DNA of 54,106 bases, counting the filler, from Sphacelaria rigidula (lineage: Eukaryota), in the NCBI GenBank assembly GCA_964200075.2. It is 4 parts of 4 records of this genome, joined end to end, with 100 filler letters (N's around TTAATTAATTAA, not from the genome) between each part and the next. Parts side by side here need not be neighbours in the genome. Positions count along the whole stretch, not along the records: positions 13,553 to 27,004 come from CAXNAA020002877.1; positions 27,105 to 40,555 come from CAXNAA020002878.1; 2 more parts are not named here. One strand, 5' to 3'. Positions 23,501 through 34,270 of the stretch are shown here, piece after piece (positions within the stretch are counted from its first letter, which is position 1; each line of letters opens with the position of its first letter). The notes below the pieces were generated by a model. It saw nothing but the letters and a program-made list of their open reading frames with translations, did not search any database and was not told where the DNA came from. The position numbers were made by a program, and so were the translations under genes.

Positions 23501-25349
23501 CCAGGAAGAACAGCGCAGAGAGTTTAGTGCGTATCTAAACTACGTACGCGAGCCTGACATAGCAGCGCTCCCACAGGGTTAAAGCAAAGGTTCGATGAGA
23601 CTAATGCCGAGATAGCCCCCCCCCAAAAGGGCACCGGAGACCGTCCGACAAACCGGTTGCAATCCCACGTTTGGGCTCGTTTGGAGCAATTTTACCCACA
23701 TGAGAGGCGCGTAGCAGTCTGAAATCAGCTATAACGCCCAAACGAGTCGCGTCGTGCAGCACGAAACCAGCTCTAAAAGCATTGATGACCATCGCCTCCG
23801 TGCACCTTTTTGGCCGATTCGGGGGGGGGCTATCTCGGCAGCGGTCATGAGCAAGTATTTCTTAAACGAATACGTGTTATTCCGTTCGTATTTGCCTGGT
23901 TATTTGCGCAAGAACCAAGCTCTCCGTGATAAGCTAGTCGTTCCCACTACCCTCCATGATTTGATTTTGCATGAGTGCCATGATGCCCCCGCATCGGGTG
24001 GACACCTCGCAATCAAAGCAACGTATGATAGACTCAGAGATCGTTTCTGGTGGCCATCTATGTCAAAAGATATTGCCACGCATATCAAATGCTGTCTGCC
24101 ATGCCAACACCGTAAAACTTCCCGCCGTACACCACTGTTACCAGTGGGACATAGACCGGTGGCTCGTCCGTTTCAGTGTGTTGCAATCAATCGAGTGGAG
24201 CACAAATCTGCTTCGCAAGGGTGTAAATACGTCATGTCCGTGATCGATCACCTGACCCGTTTCCTCGTATTAGTGCCCGTGCCTGATAAACAAGCGACCA
24301 CAATTGCTCAAGCTCTCGTAGAGCGTGTTTTTTCGTGTTCTCTTCCCCTGAAACCTTACACAGCGATCAGGGTACCGAGTTTGAAAATGAGGTGGTAAAA
24401 GAATTGCAATCCGTATTTGGCTTCAAGAAGACTCGTACGTCTTCGTATCGTCCCCAAGGCAATTCCGTTTTAGAGCGTGTGCATAGCACGATGCATAACA
24501 TGCTCGCCATGTACTCGAATGTCAAGTTTGACAATTGGGCAGAACTCCTACCGTTTGTACAGCTCGCCCATAATACCGCGTACAACCAAACTCTCGAGGA
24601 AACCCCTCACTACCTCATGTTTGGTCGCCGAGCAATGCTTTCCGTGGATATAAGTCTCAATTTTCCATCATCTGGCACAGGATCGTCTAAGTTAGATTTC
24701 TCTCGTCGTACCGTGGATAATTTGCAGCTAGCGTATGAGATCGCTCGTCGTAATCTGAAAGAGAGAACCGACAAACAAGCTGAATTCAATGAGCAACTAA
24801 CGTTTCCGCAGATCAAACCTGGTGAGCAAGTGCTCGTGCACCGACCAGCTACCGTAACTGATGGCCCCAATCCCAAACTATAAAGTCCCTGGCATGGGCC
24901 TTTCACCGTTCCTTCTCAACTCTCGCCCGTGATCTACCGAGTGAGCAGAGATAGCGAACTCGCGGAAACGTCCGTTCATTTGGCGCGTATGAAGAAGTAC
25001 TTTGCGTTGCGTCCGAATGATGTTCCTGATTTCACTGAACGTGATGAGATGTTTTTAGGAACGAAACTTCCGATCCCAGATCTGGATGGCTCCGTGCTAG
25101 CTGTCAAAATTGGCCCGTATACCATTGAGGGCATCGATAGTTTTAAACGTGGAGCAGGGAACCCGTCGGTCTAAAAACTTCCACTACTATTTCCTCGTTA
25201 AAACCCGATCTCGCGGTCACGGTATCTGCAAGCACCACAAAGATGTCCCGCGGTGTCACGAGATGATCCGTTCATATCGTGCGCAAATTCTACGAGAGAA
25301 CCCGCACGCTTTTGATCTCTCCAACACGGACGTCAGACACCTGCGCTGA
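20502..25349 (+). pseudogene. pol: Pol polyprotein of element A (protease, RT, RNase H, integrase, chromodomain-like tail)
   Basis: Protease LTIDTASDVTCVS; RT SPWGSPVTIV, PRFCVDYR, RMPFGVCNAP, YMDD (22467-22478); RNase H FVVHVD, YVPGKLNAVPDALSR; integrase HDAPASGGH...CLPC, IDHLTRF, HSDQGTEF, YRPQGNSVLER; several stops and frameshifts (e.g. TGA at 22305). Confidence 0.95.
23599..23846. mobile_element. 248-bp MITE inserted in pol, 4-bp TSD ATGA
   Basis: TIRs gactaatgccgagatagcccccccc / ggggggggctatctcggcagcggtc; ATGA at 23595-23598 and 23847-23850; excision restores the frame SKGS-MSKYFLNEY. Confidence 0.92.
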
Positions 25350-25363
25350 AGATAGGGGGGTGA
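25348..25363 (+). promoter_or_regulatory. Polypurine tract of element A
   Basis: gaagataggggggtga directly abuts the 3' LTR. Confidence 0.9.
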
Positions 25364-25659
25364 TGTGAATGCCACCGTAGATTGACCGGTAGAGGGACGT
25401 CAGATGGCCGTCCAGAACCGTTGTCCTGGCCGGGGTTACACAGATAGAGTCAGAACCGTTCCTGGAATTCCTCGGAGGAATACCTCGGAGGAATACCCCG
25501 GAAGGAACATTCCTCGGATGAACGTGGGGCATCTTTGCTATGCAAATTCATCCCAGCTGGCTCGCCCACACACGACACGACCCGGTGTGTACTCCGCACC
25601 AAACAGCTGAAGAAAAGACCAACGCCTTGTAGAACCTACGAAGGGGCTTATCCCTTCCA
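25364..25659 (+). repeat. 3' LTR of element A (296 bp)
   Basis: tgtgaatg...tcccttcca, direct repeat of 17687-17983. Confidence 0.97.
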
Positions 25660-25989
25660 TTATAATTATAATAATAACTATTGGTGAGCCACGGCTAACA
25701 CGCGTGGCAGCAGTGCGGCAGGTATCAACACGACGGGTCTCATACATGTGGAGGCTTCGAACCAAAATGGCCAAGAGCAAAAAGCGACCCTGACCTTAAC
25801 CAATTTATTAGTATCAGCAGATAAGGACTTTCAACCCCAAGATGAGGTGCTAGTCGGAGGGGTGCTAAACTCCGAAAAGTGTCCGGGCTGTCCGAGGACA
25901 TTTTATCGACCATAGACCATGTTTATTCCTTTCTTTGGATACGCTTGATTGAAACTACATCCTTGACACGGAGAAATCGTGCGTTGAAG

Positions 25990-26820
25990 TCACGCCCTCC
26001 CTCTTCAGACGCGACATACACCTTCACGCAGCTGACACATCCCGGGACTTCACCTTTTTTTCGAATGTTTTTCAGGCTTACCCTTAAAACCCCGCAAAAA
26101 AGTAGAAAAAAAAACGTTCCCGATTTGTTTTGCTGACCGCGGGACGTGCCCTGAGAAAGGTTACACTTCGCCGTCCTCATTGTTTTTTCCGTCGCACTTT
26201 GAACTCCCCCCCTTCCTCGGGATGAGTCCGTGATCTCGAGGGATCAACCCATCTCTCCCCCAATACAATTGAATCAAAGCAAATGAAAAATGAGCACAGA
26301 CGGAGGGAACTGGGGAGAAAACGTCGAAGGGGATATTTGAGCAGATAACTGTAAGCACTACGAAAGGAGAAAGTACGCATGACCGTTAGGGATGCTAAAC
26401 GGGGGGGGGGGGGTGTTATCCCCCGGAAAGTGTGTGGACTGTTCGACCACACGTCACCGCCCAGATACCACTCTTGACGAAGGATCCTGAGAAATGGGGT
26501 TGAACATTAAAATTAGGGTCAACTTCAGATCATTGCTTTCCCTACCTAAACTAATGACGTATGGCTTTTATGTATATAATCAGCAGGGAGTATCTCAAAC
26601 TCGAGGTTCGCGGTATGTTTCACAGAAATTAGCCGTGAAATATGCCGGGAATCCCGAGTTTGAGATACCTCCAGCAATTCCCCCCCCCCCCGCAAAATCT
26701 CTCAGCAGTACTGCAGGTTTTGAGGGAAGCTTGAAAAATACTTGAAGAAAAAGGTCCAACCCCGGGATGTCTCAGCGTTGTGGAGGTGTATATGTAGCGT
26801 CTGAATACCAAGGGGCGTCA
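25990..26820. repeat. Diverged ~105-bp inverted repeat pair (25990-26095 / 26712-26820) among hAT-like end sequences
   Basis: ttcagacgcgacatacaccttcacgcagctgacacatcccggg versus cccgggatgtctcagcgttgtggaggtgtatatgtagcgtctgaa; hAT-like starts gggtgctaaac (~25861) and tagggatgctaaac (~26387) nearby. Confidence 0.7.
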
Positions 26821-27004
26821 CAAAACCCCTTAGACATCGAGCAGCATGCAGTTGGCTGTGTTCAGTGAGAGCGATGGCACGCTGAGTGTATCTTACCGTT
26901 ATATCCAGCAAAGACACAGCACACATACTGACTCTGCACTTAACAGCCGATTTTATATTTTGGGGTTCAAACAAAATATGGGGCTGAAGTGGCATATCTG
27001 TCTT

Positions 27005-27104
27005 NNNNNNNNNNNNNNNNNNNNNNNNNNNNNNNNNNNNNNNNNNNNTTAATTAATTAANNNNNNNNNNNNNNNNNNNNNNNNNNNNNNNNNNNNNNNN
27101 NNNN
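27005..27104. other. Artificial contig-join spacer
   Basis: N44-TTAATTAATTAA-N44. Confidence 0.98.
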
Positions 27105-28149
27105 CCCACGACCACACGAACGCGGAGCGCGGCCGCAAGAAGCCCCGGCCCGGGGGGCGGGGGGGGGGGGGGGGGGGGGTACACACTCCATTCAACACAA
27201 TTAACACCGAAACGTGTGAAAGTTCAGCCTGCAGCCAGTAGACACAACACACTTGCCGCGCGCCCAGGTGCCGACGTTCCTGACCTGCGCAAAATCTTTC
27301 CGAAAAATCAACCTCCTCGAGACGAGACCTGCTACAATCGCATACAAATCTCCTACAACACTTCGAGACGGCACACCTTTGTTTCGCAAGGTTGAAATTT
27401 TCAATGTAGCTCAACCGCTGACAGAACGGATCGCTGCGGATCATGTCTCATGATCGCATGTACTGTTACCTCGACATGAAGGGCTAGGCCGTGTCGTCAT
27501 ATCGGAACGAAAAAAATCAAAACTCTCAGAAAACCAATTTGATGTTCACGCCCAGTGATTGGTCGATGTGATACCACCTCCCATGGAGAGTGCCAAGAGT
27601 CGACTTTTGCGCCGACGGGTCACCAGTGGAGAGGAATATCAAACGCATCAACGGCAGCGGGTGCACGCGAAGACGATCTGTACCATTTGCGTGCCGAAAA
27701 CAGCCGTACGCAAGGTCACCATGCAACAACAGTACGTTTTCGATTGTAAAATGACTCAGACGCGACCGCTCCCCCTGTAATACTGAACAAATGCCTTTTA
27801 CTTCGTGAACTTAGACTGTGTGTAAACTAGGAAAGACTAGCGTTGGACCGAAAAGCACGCACACGACGGCGGATGTCTGTGCGTGATATGTCTTTTGTTT
27901 CGCTGTCACCGCTTTTTTTTTCACATAAGCAGTGCCGACGTGTTGGACCAACGACGTCCGTGCCCGGCTGCCTTGCCCCAAGGTTAGTGCAGTGAATTGA
28001 ACGGGGGCGTGCCGTTCCCCGCCATCTCATCAAGACCTAAAACTAGGTTTCGGAGAGTCTGCTCCAGTTTGCCAACATAGTTGCGCTCACGACTAGCAGC
28101 ACGTTGGAGTCTCCGAGTCTCGTCGATAAAAAAAATGTTCCTCAGATCT

Positions 28150-30170
28150 TAGAGCAGGATTCGCGAGTCGACCGCACAGGGGGTGTCCGCCTGTTGAGAA
28201 TAAGCGGAAGAAATACGTCAACACTCCTGGGCGTAACCAGACAAAGGTCATGTCCCGCCGCCATCGAAGAGTCAAGCAAGAATCAGGTCTGAGGTGATAA
28301 CCAGGTAGCACCCAGGGATGAACATCTGTCCGCGCCGTGGAGGTTAGCTACACCGGTTGAACCTGTTCCCAGATTAGTGTCGCAAAAAACGATTTGTCGG
28401 CAAGACTCACACATCGTTGTTTTGGGCGCCAATCTAGTTGACAACTGTTTCTGCACACCGCACACCAATTTTTCCGTCCCGACAAGACAAGCCCCGACAA
28501 AAATGTGACCGCTCTTGACAAGATCACGGAAAAGGCACACCTGTGTTCGGATTACTAATTCTGCACTGAGGGCGGGACATGACAACTGGTAAGGTGGCCC
28601 TAAAATTGGTCGCATGTTAGGATATTGTAGGATGACTTTGGACCGTGAAGTAGTCCATTTTAGTTCATGCCCAGTACTCCTCTTCGTGTCATGATTATAT
28701 ACAACAACTGCCAACCGGTAAGATTGAGATTCCAAATCCTTCACCGTACAAGGGCCAACGTTTCTTGGTTGGCCAAGACAAGGTATAAGATATATCACCC
28801 TCCCCTCACGGCACCACGGCACCACGGTCTTGCAAGGATGAAGGACGTTTTCAATGTTCTGTGCTGTCCAATAGGCGGCGAAACACATTTGACTTGACAT
28901 GCTTCGTCTGGAGGGTTGATAAGCACATGTAACATCTCAACCCCGAACCAGTGAAACACTAGAGTCGAAAACAACGTCAGTGTACCAAGCTGTTGGAATA
29001 GAATGGTTTGCCGACAAGGCGACGTGCAAAAGGTCAGCCCAGTGAGAACCTCCCCTCTTTTGTTCTGTTAATATTCATGGTTTCCCGCTGGCCAAGACCA
29101 TCTCAATACCCACCGACAGACGTATCAACGGTAGCACACGAGACAATTTTGGTATTTTGAGAAGCTGCCGTTCGACGAAACCCTACACGGAAAGTGGAGC
29201 ACTGGTGTATTCAAGACTCGACTATACTGGTTCAAGGTCAGAGGGTTAACACTACGACTGCCAGGGTGGGTCAGGGTCATCCAGGTCTGGCACTCGCTTC
29301 CTCAGAATCGCCCAACCCTGCTGTCACCGTATCAACACGAATCCACCACATCAGCTGGCGCATCACCATAATCATGACCCCGTCTCGGCGTACGCGAAAA
29401 ATGTACCCCGCCAATATTATAAGAAGCAGTAGTGTTGTGGGAACACAACACATGTGCGCGAGAATTCCGATGGTACCTGCGCTTTCGTTTGGCACTCCAT
29501 GGACGATAATGCGCTTGGTCACGTAGGCGAGGTCCAAGTCAAATCCATCCTGTTAAAAGATGACGCAAATGTGGAACAAGAGCAGCAAACATGGAAGAGG
29601 AAGTGAGAGACAAGAAAAATAATAGCCTCGGCGGGTGGCAGGTAGTGCCTCATGCGAGTAAAAAACAGCGGACAAGATGAGTCCCATGAGCAGGCCGCTG
29701 AAAGACGCGAGCGCAGGAAAATTCTTGTTTGATGTTGGCATCTGATTTGTTCGCTGATGTGTAATGGGAGACCATCGCACCGACACAATCAAGACATTTT
29801 ACAGGGATCATGGAAGTCGCTGGGCAAGAGTTGGTGCAGAAGACAGAGGCTGACTACGACATACCGTGTATCGCTGATGCAGCTATTAATAGCTGCAAAA
29901 GTTGGCGGTCGATTCAGGATAGGATTATGCTGTGACGAAATTGGGAGACAACAACCGAGAGCGCGGGGGTTCATAGGTGATGATTTCCCAACACGGTCAG
30001 GGTAGAGAGAGATTGGGTAGACTGCAACGGTTTTGTTTCGACTGGTATTTTGATTTAGAATCAGTCAAGTACGCCATGGGCTATGGCATAACCAGGCAAA
30101 GAGGTAGACATCAGGACAACAAGGGAGGGAAGGACACCACTATTCTCAGAGTCAGGAGGAGAGAGGCATG
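28150..30170 (+). pseudogene. Highly decayed Gypsy-like pol relic (RNase H end, integrase)
   Basis: Motif ghosts in the expected order: YVNTPGRNQTKVMSR (~28213), TCVRITNSALRAGHDNW*GGPK (~28540), KIYHPPLTAPRHHGLAR (~28790), and purine tract aggaggagagagg (~30154). Confidence 0.35.
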
Positions 30171-32206
30171 GTAGGTCTTCTAGTGACCAGGAGGTTATTG
30201 TTTCCGCTTAGTTTTTTCAAGACCTGCGTGCCCTTGAACTAAACTGGAGTATCAGTGGAAATAAGCGTGCATGATCAGCCCGCCTTCGTACGACAGCTTT
30301 GAGGTCACGCACACGTTTTCCAACTGATCCGTCGGCGTAGGACACTGTACTGTGTGATGGGCGTAACAGGGGCATCTCCTTGCTTTCATGCAGATGGCAA
30401 GCGTATTCATGACGACAGACGCGCGAAATCTGATTCAACCTCAAGATAGAAATAATTCAAGACGCCTGGACTCAAACCACCGTTTGCCCTTCCCCGGGCA
30501 AACCTTCCCATTCACGAGTTTCTGTCGCTCACGACAGAAGCGTAGCGACAGAGAAAGCGAGTGGAGACGGAATATGGCGTGAAACACAGTATACAGTAGG
30601 AACCATAGCTCGGGCGTGAGCGTAGACCTGGTGACATATAATACCGTGCGAGGTGACCGCTGCCTGCCCTTGTCGCTACCCCGTCCCCCCTTCGATCAGT
30701 GTTGAATTCTGTCACGTCCCAAAGCCCATATTCTGTAGTAGCACTCAACATACCCTGCTCATTGGATGTACACACAGTTTTCCACGACCCGCCCCGAGAA
30801 CTTCCCCAGCAAGGCATAAACAACGCTGTTTTGTGCTCATTTGTTCAAAGTGGAACCCGCCGTGAGCAATAGATGTCACTACGACATACCAGCTGATTAG
30901 CAGGCCTGGAAGTAGAGGATCGATTCGTAGACCTGCGTGAGGCTGCCGAGAGCCGCACCCGGACCATGCCTTGTAGAACTCTCAACGAGTAACCCAGACC
31001 GTTATGTATGTTACCCCTCCTCCTCTCGAAGCGAGTAACGGTGATACAAATGTGTCAAGACCTTTGCGAACAGAAAATGGACGCAATCCGGTACCAGATG
31101 AATATAAAGCCCGCCCGGCGCCCCCGTATGCAGATGAAACCGGGATTGCATCAAAATACCGAGCTAACGAAGAGCCGCAAGATTATGAAAGAGTCTGTGT
31201 GCACACGTCCGAGATAATCAAAGTTTACAATTGGGTGATTTCATACCGCGAAAATGCTCGGAACGAGATCTTGAAAATCTTTCTGACCCCTGGAGTGTGG
31301 AATTAAATCGTAGTATGTCGTTGAGTATCGAAATTTTGAAGTATGAAAATGAATCAATACGCAGGTACAATATCATTTACGAATATTTTATAATACTCCG
31401 TACATATTAATAGTACAATACAACAGTACTAGTGTATTGAAGATGGGATGCATCCTTGTCTGTCCCTCCGCACGTTTGTTGCCCCAACCATGTTGGGTGA
31501 TACAACAGTATGGCAAAGGGATCTCAGGAGGCAAAATAAAGAACTCTTTCCGTTCGCCGTGAACAACTACTACTGTACGTATACTCTGCATCTATTACGC
31601 TGCGCCCGTGTGACTGCAGCTCGCGGTTATTTTCAGCTGATAATAATAGGGGAGGTACTTAAATGAAACGCGGGACGCTGTACTGCAACACACGAGGTGT
31701 GCTAGCCTGTGCCTTTGGGCTCTGGAAGAACGCCGCAAATGACTCATGGCGTTTTCTGAATACGAATCGCATCGCCAAGGGGTACGTACCCAGGGCAGGT
31801 GGGGGTTCGAGAACATAATTCCCAGGGAATAATGATATGGTCACAGTAGGGCCTGATCGATCGCAGGAGAGTGACTTCGCGTTTCAGGGCAATAAGTATC
31901 TGAGAAGAGTGACGTGGCTGAAGGGAGAGAATATATTCATCCGAAAGTCGTGTCTAAGAAGCAGCCAGGCGGTATGCCCGCGTTTTGTGGCGTGTAGACA
32001 CTTTGCGTAATACACTTAGTGCACTGGAACGCATACTAATGTAGTTTGCTTCCATGATGCAGTACTACGACATGCAATCAATCATTCCGGAAGTAGCGTT
32101 GCTGGTAAACTGTGTCACCTCGAGCATGTACCATGTGTGGAATCAGCATCAGTTTCACTTAGGGGAGTACCGCATGGCCAGATGACGTACCCTCGCGGCC
32201 AAAGGG

Positions 32207-32308
32207 CCCTTTGACCGCGAGGGTAGGTCACCTGTAGAATCGGAATCAATATTCACTTGAAAAAGGTGTAGGTGATCCAGATGGACTACCGGCACCGCGG
32301 TCCAAGGG
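32207..32308. mobile_element. 102-bp piggyBac-like MITE
   Basis: TIRs ccctttgaccgcg / cgcggtccaaggg followed by TTAA (32309-32312); homologous to 11524-11621. Confidence 0.8.
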
Positions 32309-33699
32309 TTAACACTGCAAGAGGCCCACGTGCTCTGTGCTCATGATTCAATGGTTGTTGGAGGGGAGATCCCACCGAGAGTGCTTCACACGGAGAGTCC
32401 ATGACAACACGATCGCCATGGGCACCCCTCGAGCAATAATCCACCGACCCTCGTCATGGGCGGAGAGGTCTGGTGACGGAGGCACCGCCAACGCATAGCG
32501 CAAAACAGCTGCCTACAGCGCATCATCTTCCCCTCCCCCCACCCTCCTCCCTACCGCCCTGCTTTCCACTTTCTACCTTAGAAAATGGCAATAATTAGCT
32601 TTTTCAACGTTCACGTCAGCAATTGTGTGGGAAATTGTGCTGTAGTGGAAGAAATGCCAACGAGGGATGCAAGGACAACAGCCAGAAACATGTCATTGCC
32701 CTCTGAGGCTGAATATTGACTTGACGATCACAACAAGCACTACTACAAGTAATACTCGGTCGAGAACGTTACACGAGTACAATCGTTCGGCACCACCAGC
32801 CCCGTTTTTTCATTGATGCTTCGCATTACGGTAAGGCACTCATCATGCGTGTTCGGTGGCCGAACAGCAGTATTGTTCAACCGCTCCCTCAATGCCAAAT
32901 GCTGTTCATGGACGGTAGTTTTTTGCTGCTGACAATACGGGTAGATTTGTGTTTCAAGGGTATCCCTTGGTACGTTCTCTGCATACCCACCCGTCCGTTT
33001 TCATGTTCCCGTAGACGCACGTAAAGCACCAGAGGAACCAAGGATACTCTATATCTCAAGGATTTCCCCGTACAGGGTAGACACGGTCCAAACCAAGCTC
33101 AGCGAACAAACTCCAGTAGCCGCGCGATGGAAAAAAAGAGACGCAGACTGACAACTCACATAGGTTGACCTCTACAAGTAGAGTGAGGTATACTTTTTGC
33201 GACTGAAACATGGGTACAGGTCGCGAGACTCGGGTCATTTTGGGGGGGGGATGTACTATGCTGAACTGGCCAGTCTTCGGCCAGTCTATTCGTACGGCAC
33301 ATTTTGACCCAACGCATACGGGCGTACGATATAGCTTCGGGCAATCCCCCCCCCCCTCCCCTCCCGCGCGCGATATTCCGAACTATTCCCCTACCATCCG
33401 CGCCATCAGAGTGGAGTCTCATCCGTCAAATAAAATAAATTCCGTTTCAGAACATAACCTGAGAAATTCCATCTCCACATATGCCCTTTGATCCAATATT
33501 ACTTGGACGGAGATGCAGACAACGCACCAGCAGGCGATTTGCTACGTTACGCCATCTGCATCGTACCGTTGTCCTACCCGTAGAGCTGCTTTGTATGCGC
33601 CGATACTCTTTTCGCATTTGTCTTAGAGGAGTAACGCGCATCTTGAAGTACAGACAGAGCAGTACGCTGTGATCATGGCTCGACCATATTTGACTGTGT

Positions 33700-34270
33700 G
33701 CAGAGTCAATTCGCTCTGGGAGCTATTGCGGCATCTGCTAGGACGCAGGAAGGATACACTCTTTTTCCTGGAAAGCACAAAAAAAAGTTGGACTGTATCT
33801 GCTTTCCGAGCGCCAGCACTGAGAAAGGGATCTTTGACAGACTAAAAACGTTCGAAAACGCTTTGGCACTTTCGACCACAACGGCTGAACGAAAGTCGAC
33901 CACAACAGCGAACTGTACCCCGCAACGTAGGGATATTGGGCAGCACAGACAGAGTCTCAAGGGATTCGAAGGTCGCTTACGAATATCAAATATCGAAAGT
34001 ATACGAGGTCGTATAACCAGCAACTGTTAGTCCTACAGACAGAGCAACATGATCAAATCAGGCGGAGGTAAGAGGTCAGCATGTAATCTCCACAACAACA
34101 CACCACACGAAAGAGCCTAATGTAATGACGGTCAGATTTTTCAAGTGAAGGCATGCCGCATCGATCCCTGATGTTGGCGCCGGAATCAGAACAGCAAAGA
34201 CGGGAATATCGCGGAAGCCGTGACAAAATCGTCGTTACAGATTTGTTGGCGCCCCAACTGAAAAACCGCG
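33700..34270 (+). pseudogene. Possible very decayed RTE-like LINE C-terminal fragment
   Basis: RNVGILGST...YEYQISKV resembles the FxYLGS...EIxxRIxKA motif, followed by EGMPHRSLML...RGSRDKIVVTDLL resembling the RTE C-terminal region. Confidence 0.3.

Larger units (their letters stand above)
17687..25659 (+). mobile_element. Full-length decayed Ty3/Gypsy LTR retrotransposon (element A)
   Basis: Paired TG...CA LTRs, PBS, PPT, gag, and pol in protease-RT-RNaseH-integrase order. Confidence 0.97.

Noticed and set aside
28283-28900. 205-aa minus-strand ORF
   Set aside because: Probably the antisense shadow of the decayed pol-like relic on the plus strand.
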